Source of the DNA: Nymphaea colorata
Lineage: Eukaryota
Length of the DNA: 64,000 nt
Assembly: GCF_008831285.2 (NCBI RefSeq)
Contig: NC_045138.2
Location: 2,666,001-2,730,000, forward strand
Direction: 5' to 3'
Within the stretch, counting starts at the first letter, position 1; each line of letters begins with the position of its first letter. A model generated the notes under the pieces. It was given only the letters and a program-made list of their open reading frames with translations, was not told where the DNA came from and made no database searches. The position numbers were made by a program, and so were the translations under genes. Below are positions 51,101 to 62,752 of the stretch, one piece after another.

Positions 51101-53250
51101 TTAAAAATGTTTATTTAAAAATAAAAATAATAAAAGACTGGAGCGAGATACCATGTGAGGCGGTGAGATAAAAGTACACAGGGTACCAATTTGAAGACCT
51201 TGAATCAAACCCTAATTCTAGGGTTGTTTTGTCTTTCATAACGGTTAGTAGTCTAAGCTCAGTTGCGGCCAAAGGAAAAAAAAAAGTAAAAAATCATTTG
51301 ATCTGGTTTTCGAGTCTCTGACCCAAACAGGCTTTGTCAATCTTGAGTCTACAAGGGTGTCGTGTCTTTGGTTATAATGGTAACGTATTGTTAGTTTGAT
51401 TTTTGTAGGCACTACCATTTTGTGAGAATGGGAGCATTATACTTGTAGTCCAAATGACATTAGTCGTATGCAACTCTAAACCCTGAGGACGACATGGAAA
51501 TGAAGCCGGATTTCGGCCGTTTTGGGCTGATAATGTGAGGCCCACAGTCATAGGATGGGCGGGACATGGGTTGCGGGTGGCGGTGGGGAGGCGCTGAGAC
51601 GCGGTGGGCTTCGGGTACGGATGGTCAAACGATAACGCCCACCTGAGCAATGGAGCACAGCTCGAACCATTGCCATTTACCAACCCCCGCTTCTAGACCC
51701 AGCCAGCTGGACGCTTAAAAAATATTGTGCTGGCTGCTGGTGGAAATTACCACTCCACCCTTGCTCTCTAAGTCAATGACCTGATCCTCCCCTCCGTGTA
51801 ATCGGTCTTGGATTCTGTAATGCAGTTTATGGATTCGGATCCCAATCCAAGTTCAAAATCGGATGGAAATCTGACGCGGCTGCAACAAAAAACTGGGTCA
51901 TAGCCTGTTCGATCTGGATTTGGTTTGAAAATTTCAACTCCCGACCCAAAATCCATTCACATAGATTGGTAATACCCTTGCCTACCATTAAAAAGAAAGG
52001 TTCGGATAACGTAATGCTGCAGAATTAACGCGTTTAGTTGTTCAGAGTTTGATTCACTAGCGAGCATAACTCAAAGTTTGATCGGCTCTAAGAGGAATAA
52101 AAACTTTAATTCGATCCTCCTCATGAAAAATTTCTAGCTCAGCCCCTGAACCCATGTGTATATATATGAATAACATATATGGGTAGTCTACAAGATTTTA
52201 TTGACTAACCTCAATTTATGCAAGGTTTTGCACTAAAACTCGTGTATCGGTGCCAACTTTATGTCTAAGTTTTTGCTGAGCTAACTTGACTGATTAAGTC
52301 GTCGGGCCTGCTAAGGTCCGGTCCGATCCGACAGCATTGCCAGAAAGGAGTAATGGACCCTACTTTGGCAAACATACAGCATAGGCTGGGGCCGAACTGG
52401 TCGACTAATCCAAATTTCCGGGCCCATTAATTTGTTCCAGATGAATGTTCAACCAGACATCGTCACAGTTCACACATGTTTTCTCTTATTTCTGGGCCAC
52501 CCTAAGTAGCTGCATTGTTGGATTTAACCTCAATCCGGTAACCTTATAGGATCCAGTTCAATCGCAAATGAATCTCAAATCAGATCCATAAATCCGTATT
52601 TCAACTTATCTAGAAATATATGCCTATATATAGATCCATCTTATGGTCGAATCCATATTGGTACCGAGTTTTAGATCCAGAAATGGATACAGGCCCTTAG
52701 GCTGCTGAATCTTATCAAACATTTCCAAATTCTCAGACCCAAGTCCAAACTAAAGGCATGCCCATTCAAGAGTGCATGTTTTCGGAAACTTTTCAGCTCA
52801 GACCTTAGACATGGGACTAGGATTCATATCCAATTATGAAATCATACGCGGAATCTGAATCTGATTGGTAATTGGATTTGAATTTCTTTACCAGATCCAA
52901 CTAAACAAATTTGATATTGGGTGGGGGGTTGGATACGTCGGATTCGTTTACACTCCTACCCGTAACCCGATCCATTCTCACAGACTCATTCCTTCCAGTC
53001 TGGTGTGGGCAAGCAGCAACAGCAATCGCCAGTAGAAACAACGCTTTTGACATTTTGAGTGGTCAAACCGCAACACCCTCAAACAGCGAAGATCGCCTCC
53101 ACGTCCGTGCCAGCCTTGAGTCCGAGACGAAATTTCTGAGGATAAAATGGTAAATGTCGTTCACACTGATAGATACCATCTCACTTCGCGTAGTTGCCTG
53201 GAAGCAAGCTTCGACCATTTCCTCACGTTCATGAATCCCCGCCGAGGCCC

Positions 53251-53258
53251 CTATTTAA
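53251..53258 (+). promoter_or_regulatory. Putative TATA box of the DREB-type gene
   Basis: CTATTTAA lies ~110 bp upstream of the ATG at 53365. CACGT cores occur at ~53100 and ~53225. Confidence 0.45.
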
Positions 53259-53364
53259 GTATGCACTCACTCCGCTCAGTATCCGACCAAACTTGCCGGG
53301 AAACCTGCCGGCGACGCTTTCAGGAGAAGGAAGAAACTAGTTCAGAAGAGTCGAGGGTGCACCG

Positions 53365-53901
53365 ATGGATCGGAGCGACGCCGGGGAGGGAGACTGCTCG
53401 TCAGGGGCGAACTACCGGGGCGTTCGGCGGAGGAAGTGGGGGAAGTGGGTGTCAGAGATCCGGGAGCCAAAAAAGAAGTCGCGAATCTGGCTCGGAAGCT
53501 TCGAGACGCCGGAAATGGCCGCGGCGGCCCACGACGTCGCCGCTCTCTACCTCCGCGGCAGCTCGGCGCGCCTCAACTTCCCGGAGATCGCGGGGCAGCT
53601 GCCTCGTCCCGCCAGCTCCGACCCGAACGACATCCGCCTCGCGGCGCTGCAGGCCGCACTCAGCTTCGCGCCCCCGAACTCCCGCACGGAGGAGGCTGCG
53701 GCGGAAGCTGCTTCTCCAGCAAGTGACACGCCGTTGGGTCAGTTCCCCGGCGACGAGATTCCCTTCGACTCGCCGAGGCTATGGAGGGAGTTGGCGGAGG
53801 CGATGCTGCTGAGTCCGCCGCGGTTTTGGTCCGCGGCGGAGAGCGACGTGCAGGAAGACGACGCCGATTGGGGTGGGCAGCTCTGGAATTTGTGCAAATG
53901 A
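53365..53901 (+). CDS. AP2/ERF transcription factor, DREB subfamily (A-4/TINY-like), intronless, 178 aa
   Basis: Complete AP2 domain [57 protein letters not shown], with the DREB-type V14/E19 residues. It is followed by [34 protein letters not shown] and a terminal LWN motif. Confidence 0.95.
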   Translation: MDRSDAGEGDCSSGANYRGVRRRKWGKWVSEIREPKKKSRIWLGSFETPEMAAAAHDVAALYLRGSSARLNFPEIAGQLPRPASSDPNDIRLAALQAALSFAPPNSRTEEAAAEAASPASDTPLGQFPGDEIPFDSPRLWRELAEAMLLSPPRFWSAAESDVQEDDADWGGQLWNLCK

Positions 53902-55476
53902 TGCTACCCTCCTCGGTAAAAAAAAAAAATGAGAATCATATAACAGCACTGTGAGTATCAGAGTATGAATGCTTAGACTATTAGGATTGTGCCGTCACGT
54001 GACTTGTCTTCATCGCATGTATACATGTATTCCCGCATTGGGAGGTACCGGGTACGGGACTTCGGGTCGGATCCCGGTCACTGATATCAAAATAACTCAA
54101 GATATTTGAATATTTAAAATAATTAAAATAAAAAAAATCAGGTATTTTTAAGCATATTCCAAGTTACCATGCCTATTTTTATCGTGAAATAAACATTTTT
54201 TCACGATTTTTTTTTTGTAGCTCTTCGATGTATAAAACTTATATGTTAGAATGCCAAGAGCCGTATGTTCCCCTCTAGAAGATTGAACCATTCTTGTCTA
54301 TCAGACTCATTACATCAACATTGGGAGACTAACAAACAAACTTTGTAAGTGCGATGAAGAAAATGAAAGATTGATGTAACATGTTCTTGGCCTGTTGCAT
54401 GAAGAAGACGACGAGGGCCCTGCGGTGGATGACCCTTCTTGACCGAACTATTCTGAACTTTTTGAGGGGAAATCTTTTAAAATCAACAAAGAAACCTTCC
54501 ATGGTTTGTTTTTGTTTTGTTCTTGTGACAAAGCTAGCTCAAGTTCAAGTTGACTTGGAGCTTGTTGACGTCTTCTTAACCTAAAGCTCATTGAGTTCGG
54601 GATATACAATTGGAAAACCCTATTGTCGAAGAACTAAGCGATAGCCTTAGCTTTGAATGTCTACATAATTAGGGATGTCAATCAATCGGATATGAATTGG
54701 ATGTATTCTTAACTGTATCTTCTTTTTTAGATGTATACATTTTCAGATTTGAACTTGAATTCAAATATGAACAAAGAAAACTTGTATACGAATCCAAATT
54801 CGATTTTCACAATTTGAATTTGACTTTTAAAGTCACATCTATAACCCAATGTTTAGCTAAATTCAGGTCACATTACCATATGTCAAAAACAGACTTTCTG
54901 GACATTGAATATAAGATATTTCTTTTAAAACTAAATTTGATCTGAATCTGATATGAATCTTATCCATGTTATTGTACATTAAGAATGGATTTTTCAAAAA
55001 GCAAGTACATCGGATATAAGATATCTAGTTTACAACTAGATCTAATCAAATATTGATGCAAATCTGCATCAAAATCCATGCAGATTAGATTGATCTACCT
55101 CTCCTAATTGGATGTTACAGGGCCCTCCTTTTCACTTTCCCCATTTCCAGTTGAGGAACATAATTGGTCTAATTATTTATTAGGTATATATATATATATA
55201 GCCATTTTTAGAGAGGGAGAGAGAGAGAGTAGGGACAAAAATTGATTAACTTATACAACACCTTTCAATATCAACAAATAATATCCTGCAAGTTTAGTAC
55301 TGAGGATGTGACTACAATACTCCATTAGAGAAATTCGACATTAAAATGCAAAAACTCAGCATCTCATAAGAAGTAAGATGGACAACAAACGACCCCATGG
55401 GGTGAAAGAAAGACCACCAAACCTAAGAAAAGGCAACCAGAGAGAGAGAGAGAGAGAGTCATAGGGTCCCAGTTCT

Positions 55477-55854
55477 TCATGGGCAAGCGGAACTCAGCCC
55501 AGGTCCTCCAAAGCAGAGGTTAAATTTATCAAACCTGTACTCTCGTTCATCGTAGCAGGAGGGGCTGGCGACGAGGATGCTGACGGGTTCCTCCAACAGG
55601 CGGACATGGTCGTCGCTGTCCATGTAGCTGGGACTCCAGATGCCGGCCGCCTTCCTATAGTCGGTTTTCGACTCTATAGGGAAGAGGCCGTTCTCCATTT
55701 GGGTGGTGGTGTGCTGCCCGCCGGCAAACGTGTCGTAGACCTCGCCGCCCATCATCGTGCCATTTGCCCACCAGCTCAGGCCCGTGAACAGCAACCCCGG
55801 CCAGTACCCCACCGCCTCATCGTCCGCATGAACCCACCAGTTCCCGTCTTCCTC
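55477..55854 (-). pseudogene. Neprosin (DUF239) domain terminal exon; upstream exons not found, so a gene fragment or a gene with undetected 5' exons
   Basis: EEDGNWWV..AVGYWPGLLFTGL..GGEVYD..HTTTQMENGLFP..SPSCYD..FGGPG matches the neprosin C-terminal pattern (GNWW, GYWP..LF, GGEV, HT.TQMGSG.FP, GGPG). A phase-0 CAG acceptor lies at 55857-55855. Confidence 0.75.
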
Positions 55855-55922
55855 CTGAACAAGGTGTTCCGACAAAACCAGAACCGATGCCAATCAATGC
55901 ACTGTTTCCATAAGCGCGCGCG

Positions 55923-55981
<59 letters not shown>

Positions 55982-58277
55982 CTTGCTTTCAAAGCCACGG
56001 GTTAAAATTGAAATTATGATATCAAGTGCGCGTTTATACCTCCAAAGGTTAGACAGCAACTGGTAAAAGAGCATTAATTATAAAAATTTAAATTTTTAAA
56101 GGACACTAATTTGTACATTAGGGGCCGTTTGATGGCAGGAAATTTGAAAATGAAAAAAAAAATTCAGAAAAAATTTTTTGGAAATGATGAATAGGAAATA
56201 AAATTCCAATTGTCCAAAACCACCATTTTGTTTGTTACATAGGAATTATTTTTCTGAAAAAAAAATTCTTTGTTTGATGAAAAAAAATTGGAAAAGAAGG
56301 AAGAGGAAGACACGACCGTTGTGTGCCTGAGGAGAGGAAGAGGATGACTGTGTGCGTGAGGAGAGGTGCTGGGTGAGGACGATGCCCTTTCCTTCTTTCT
56401 TTCTCTTTTCCCTTTCTTTCCTTTCCCCTTCTTTCTTCCTCTTTCCCCTTTCTTCCCATTTCCCTTCTTTCTTCCTCCTTCCCCTTTCTTCCCTTCTTCC
56501 TCTATCCCCTTTCTTCCTCTTTGGGGCTCGGCACCTCTAGGGGTGTTGAGTCTGGAGGGATGGAGGTAGAACCCTTTCCTGTACACGACATTGTTCCATG
56601 AAAAATTTATGTTCACATTCACACTAGTTCTCTCATTTCCATGAGTTGATCTTCAAGACTAGCAATAAATCCACTAACTTTTAATCTCAACAGATCATTT
56701 CGTGTACACGACATTGCATGTAACTGGTCTTTTGCATCAAATTGCAAACTCATCGATCTTACAAGCTTGTATGTCCAGGAATAGGATTTTCTATGAATTT
56801 CAAGATTCCGCAAAGTTGCAAGCATCAAGAGTCTTAGGTTTGTTGAGTTCACACGGTGTAAGCAACCTTGTATATATCATTTCATTCGGTACAAAGCCAT
56901 TTTAATTAAAATTAAAATGGTTCAAACTGGTTCCATTCTTCATTTATATCATTTCATTAGGTACAAAGCCATTTTAATTAAAGAGAGAGAGAGGAGATGG
57001 TTGAAGAGGAGAGGGACAAGAATGGGTCCACTTGACAGTCATAATGGTACTCTTAATTTCATGATCAACAATCTTCAATACCATCACGATAGCTTTCTTT
57101 AGGATTCGAACTAAGAATGTCGCTACAACATGCCTCCCAACCTAACCATTTGCAATACCCATCTTTTGGTAGGGAGATATATATTTGATATTACAATGCA
57201 AAAAGTTGCATGTGGAGTTAGATGGTCTACAACTCAACATCGACCTGATTATAAGAATCGGGGTGAAACAAAGACCACCAACAGGGGGCGCATGGGCCCT
57301 GGCCCTACCTCCAAAAAACAAAATTAATTTACATGTAAATTTTAAAAAATTTGACTTATCCTATACCAAAAAAATTGAATAATGGCTTATCGGTACCAGT
57401 CAAAATTTAAAAACTTTAATTTTTGATTGCTTCTCCCATCTCAAATGAATACTCTAATTTCATCAGAGCTGTGCACAATTTTGAGCTCAGCTTATTTACA
57501 AACGTGTCAAGCTCAAGTTCAAATGTTTGCTTGAAATGTTAAATGAATCATGTTTGAATTGTAAGAATTCAATTAAATCAAACGTGACTTGGCTTTACTA
57601 TATAATGAACGTTGAATTACGAGAAAATAGTTAAAATGAGTTGCAACTAAACGAGTTAAAAAAACTGGTTGAGTGAAGTCGAGTTCCAGCTCGAGTTTTC
57701 CGACCCGATTTGAACTCAAACTGGAGCTCATGTGCAGCCCTAGCTTTTATTGATGGAAAAATAAAGTAAAATTTGTGATATCAAGTGACCCTTTATACTC
57801 CAAAGGTTAAATGAAACCCAAAATTTCAGGTAACAAGCGTTTGTTATTAAAATTTTGAATTTTTAAAAGTCACCAATATATAATTGATGAAAACTTTTCT
57901 CAAACATAAAGATGAAAATAAATTTTTTTTTTGGGGCATGTGTAGGCAGTTGGCCACATAATGCCAAGGCGAACGCTGTTTCGTCTGCATCCAACAGCCA
58001 CGTCGCCGGAAAAAAGCATGGGAGAATTGAAGGTCAGTTAAACATTCATTAGATGATAGATGATATGCACTTCATTTGAAGCCATTTAAGTTGCATGCTT
58101 TCTTCTAGTTTCTCACATATTATTGAGTTTTATGGAATAATGGGGTCGACCATATGGGTGATTAATGAATAGTTTTAATAAGCTCCTACCGTTTGAACTT
58201 CAACAATGAAGCCCCCAACATTTTGGTATAATCACTCGACTGTCTTTTGTCTAGTGAGGGTCAACGGCTGTCGGCTG

Positions 58278-58624
58278 TAGGGGTGAGCATCGGGCTGGCC
58301 CGATAAGAAGCGGATTTAGGTCGGCTCGATGACCGAAGCTTGGGTCCTGGCCCAGGCCCGATACCTGAAATCCGAGTTCGGGCCAGCTCGACCCAGCCAG
58401 GTCATAATAAAAAAAATAAATATAAAATAATTTTTTAATATAAAATATATTTTTAATAATAAATATATATTACTAGTAATAAAAAAAATTTTAATTGTTC
58501 TCGGGCCAGATTGGGCCCCCGTGGGGCCAATCTGGGCTAGTCCATCGTGCCCATACCCGGGCCAAGGTTTTCGGACCTGGGCCCATATCGAACCGGGTAT
58601 CATGTACCCGCTCGTAGCCCCGCC
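58278..58624. mobile_element. GGCCC-rich hAT-like MITE with an AT-rich core
   Basis: Starts TAGGGGTGAGCA. GGCCC/CCCGA subterminal motifs flank an AT core on both sides. The right TIR is degenerate and no clear TSD was found. Confidence 0.55.
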
Positions 58625-59345
58625 TGAGACCACCCTTAGAGACTTTCATTGAATCCAAAGTTGTGTTCAACAGACTATCACACCCAAAAAATGACAGATT
58701 GTGAGAAGATGGTTGCAAACAACTTGCTTTGTTTTTGCTTCTCTCGTGAGTGGCAGCCCTTGCTTGCAGAGAGGCATACCGGAAAAAGAAGGATTGACTT
58801 TATGTATGGTATGTCAGTTCACCGGACTGCGAACAAGGGCCTTTCATTTTTTTTTTCAGGGCTTTATCAAAAAAAAAAAACAAGGCCTTTTTGCGTTGAT
58901 GTAGTGCCGGTACGCTTTCTATAAGAACAGTTAAGTTAGTGCCAATGCATCAATATATCCTTTTTAGAACATCAGCGTTTAAATAATATTGTATTCAATG
59001 TCTCATGTAACTATTGTATGATATGCAATGATGAAAAATGAAAACCAAAAACTGTCTAAGCATTTGCATGTAGTTGGCTTTTCTTACACTGGAAAATGTT
59101 CGATGGGAAAGTATGATCTATATGCTTCATATCTTTCTGATATTTCAGATAGGCGACAAAGTCATTCATTGGTTTTGTTTTACTTTAGCTTATATATATA
59201 TATATATATATTAGGCATTGTTTTTTGCTCCAACGGAAACTGCTGGGGAAAGTGCCCTCATAACCTATTATTCCAAAGAACAAGGAATTGATATACAAAA
59301 GTATTACAAAAAAAAAAAAAAAAAGAACTTCAACAGACTATCACA

Positions 59346-59560
59346 TCCAAAAAAATGACAGATTGTGGGAAGATGGTCGTGGAGAAGATGGTCGCAAACA
59401 ACTTGCTTTGTCCAAAAAAATGATAGATTGTGAGAAGATGGTCGCAAACAACTTGCTTTGTCCAAAAAAATGATAGATTGTGAGAAGATGGTCGTAAACA
59501 ACTTGCTTTGTCCAAAAAAATGATAGATTGTGAGAAGATGGTCGCAAACAACTTGCTTTG
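59346..59560. repeat. 50-bp tandem repeat, ~4 nearly identical copies
   Basis: GAGAAGATGGTCGCAAACAACTTGCTTTGTCCAAAAAAATGATAGATTGT at 59382, 59432, 59482 and 59532 (partial), with a partial copy before these. Confidence 0.95.
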
Positions 59561-60239
59561 TTTTACCTTCGCTCATGCGTGGCACTCCTTGCTTTGTACA
59601 CTCCTTATATGTTTCCCATTGCCAAGAGTGTCATTCCTCCGCCGATCAAAGGGAGGAGGAGCAGGTAAATGTCCTTCCTATACACTGGTTGGCTATCATT
59701 TTTCTTTTGGTTCTTGCTTCTATATGCATTAGAAAAACCATTTGTGGTTATATCTGTAAGCGAGAGTTGTGCTACTAGGTCAGGTAAACGCTTCAGAAAT
59801 AGGGCTGCATATGAGATGTATTTTTTTTTTTTAATTTATATAGATGCTTGTGACATAATTCACATATTTTTTGGGACAAATTCAAATTAAACCATGATAA
59901 ACGAGAGGGAGGCTATTCGGGGCTGGGACACCTTATGTAATGAAAAATGAATCTCGCCCTTGCTCTCGCTTTCGCCATACTCGAAGAGTTTCAGCACCTG
60001 ACCGAGCATGATCGGTTGGCTTAGTCTGTGCAGAGCTGGCGCACATGGCAACCCTGAACGCTGTCACCCTCACCAATGGTGGGTCTATTAGCAGTAACTA
60101 CACAAATAAAGAATCATTACCCTATTTGACAAGCAAAGACTGTGAAGCTGGTCTTGCAAGAGAAGGGACCGCTGATGAGCGAAGACTGCGAAGCTGGTCT
60201 ATTGCAAGAGAAGACGGTCTATTGCAAGAGCAGAGACCA

Positions 60240-60664
60240 TTGTTTCGTCTGAGAGCCAGGTTGCTGTTTCGTCTGAGAGCCAAGTTGCTGCTGAGAAACA
60301 GGTTGCTGTTTCATCTGAGAGCCAGGTTGCTGCTGAGTGCTGAGAGCCAGGTTGCTGTTTCGTCTGAGAGCCAGGTTGCTGTTTCGTCTGCAACGAAGAG
60401 CCAGTTTGCTGTTTCGTCTGCAACGAAGAGCCAGGTTGCTGTTTCGTCTGCAACGAAGAGCCAGGTTGCTGTTTCGTCTGCAACGAAGAGCCAGGTTTCT
60501 GTTTCGTCTGAGAGCCAGGTTGCTGTTTCGTCTGCAACGAAGAGCCAGGTTTCTGTTTCGTCTGAGAGCCAGGTTGCTGTTTCGTCTGCAACAAAGAGCC
60601 AGGTTGCTGTTTCGTCTGCAACGAAGAGCCAGGTTGCTGTTTCGTCTGCAACGAAGAGCCAGGT
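60240..60664. repeat. Minisatellite of mixed 24- and 30-bp units
   Basis: GAGCCAGGTTGCTGTTTCGTCTGCAACGAA (30 bp) is interspersed with GAGCCAGGTTGCTGTTTCGTCTGA (24 bp); about 15 units. Confidence 0.95.
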
Positions 60665-62752
60665 CGCCGGAAAGTTGAAGGTCAGTTAAAAATGCAAACT
60701 CTCTTCTAAGCCATTTCTAATTCCACGGAATGTTCATAACATAGTCAGATGCAAGTCACAGCAAGGTCGACACACACGACCTGTCTGTCGACGGCCGATG
60801 CCTGGCGGCACTGGCCCTTCCCTCGCTGGACAGCCGGTGAAGGTCGAGGGCAGTTGTCCATCGTCGCCGACTGTCCGGCGACGGCTACTTCCCCACTGGA
60901 GGATTGTCTTTCACAGAAAGAGGTTGGGAAGAATGCTGTGGGGGTTCTTAATAGCAAGAACGGCTCTTCAGTTGAAGAGTTTTTCAGTGTCTTTTCATTT
61001 GCTCGTTTGTAAATCCTTGCATGCTCTTTTCATTGTTGCTGAACTTTGTGTGTGTGCGTGTGTGTGTGTTAGAGAGAAAGGTTGGAAAAGCATGCTCTTT
61101 TAGAGGATCTGACTCTTCAGTACTTTTTTCTTCCTCTCAAATAGTATTTTAGTCATTATTCCCTGTACATACACAAAAATATATACTTAACCGGCTTCGC
61201 CCTCCTTGGCAACATCTGATATGCCAGATGGGAATTGGAATTACAGAAACTACCTTAGGTCACTTACTCACGGTTGGACTTCAATTCCAGACTCGAGGAC
61301 AAATTCATTATATTGGATTTCAAACTTTATTTGAAAGTAAATGATATAACTAAAGCTTGGGTTGATAATGTTCAGATCAGGGCATTTTCATATTCGCGTC
61401 TGGAACTAGCTTTATTTTCTTTTTTCTGGTTTGGACCTACTAACGGACACTCTGATTCACATGTGGGCAACCTTTCCGTTCCTAAGGAAGCTGCTGCATT
61501 ACAAAAGGCGTCGGAGCCTCGTTCCACAAGCCTTTTCGCATGAAAATGCTATGTGTTACGGTTTGTTATTAGTGAAAACCAACTAATAGTAACGCAGTAT
61601 TTGCGCTACTAATAGTCTTTTACTTATTCTTACCAGTGGCAGAGCCAGAAACTTTTGGCTGTGGGGTATATTATTTCAAACCCTTCTTCCAAACCCGGTT
61701 TCAATAACATTTTGACAGTCAAAAGTTACAACTGAATTGGTCCACACCTTTTGCATACGGGAAAATATCCCTAACCAAATGAAGTTAGCAAAAGAAATAT
61801 GGGAAAACTTGGAATGAAGATGACTGCACACAATTGGAAGGCTTTCTACTTCCAAACAGTTATCGACAACTTTTATTAAACATGTCATAATCGAGGAAAG
61901 AATCCAAATGCTTTATTTCAAGAAAAGTCTAAAAAAAGTTCAGAGAAGTTTGATTTGCTTGATATGAGCAAGCCTGTGTACATCTGCTGGCATATAATGA
62001 TAATAAAAACAGTAAAAAACTTGCATAGCAACCAAAAATCACGACCAGGCAAAAGCAATTGTAAGTTAAATAAACAGAAAAAAATGATTATGACTCTTCT
62101 ATTCTCTTTTCTGAAATCTGTTCTTTACTTGTGATTATTGCCATTAGGTATGCTGTGTAACTAAATGGCTGGATGAAACTGATGTCTGTGATTATCCGGC
62201 TAGTGCATTCCCAACCTGTGATTAGCAACTAAATTGTGGGGATTTGCTACGAATTGTACTGAGCTCCCATCATGAAAGAACCTTTCCCATTTTCATCCGT
62301 ATCACAACCTACAGCTCTTTTCATCCAATTGACTTGTACAGCCACAACACCTTTTTGATGAGTGAGGATCATGGCAGAGCTACTCTTGACAGAGTGACAA
62401 TTTCAGTGACAGTAAACAGTCTGCTTTCCATTTTGAACTATGGGGCTCGACCCAAGTCTGGCATGGGCATTGGACTTGTGAGAGTCTTGAATGGAGCTCC
62501 GCTACTGATTCTTACAATGATGGCCCACAATTATTTCATAATGTATTAGAATTTTGAAGGGTCTAAGATTTTTTGGATGAGTAATGAATGACAGTCCAAC
62601 AAATGAAACACACTTGTTGCCTCCACCTTACATTTCCACATATTGTCTTTCCTATTGTTAGGTTTTAGTTTGTAATATTTTCTTAGTTTTTTTTTTTTTG
62701 TACAACATATCATGGCCTTTGAGACATTATAACAGCCATTTGCTTTCTTCAG

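Noticed and set aside
53147..53812. 221-aa ORF overlapping the AP2/ERF gene, plus other overlapping ORFs
   Set aside because: These are shadow frames of a GC-rich CDS; only 53365-53901 has a recognisable domain.
56164..56622. K/G/E-rich 152-aa ORF on the - strand
   Set aside because: It is the translation of a low-complexity pyrimidine tract inside a MITE-like segment that starts GGGGCCGTTTGATGG.
59346..60664. CRISPR-like appearance of the regular 50-bp and 30-bp repeats
   Set aside because: The units are head-to-tail with no unique spacers, there are no cas genes, and the context is eukaryotic.
60199..60678. ORFs 60199-60651 (-) and 60337-60678 (+) encoding repetitive peptides
   Set aside because: They are open only because most repeat units are multiples of 3 and lack stops in those frames; there is no independent coding evidence.
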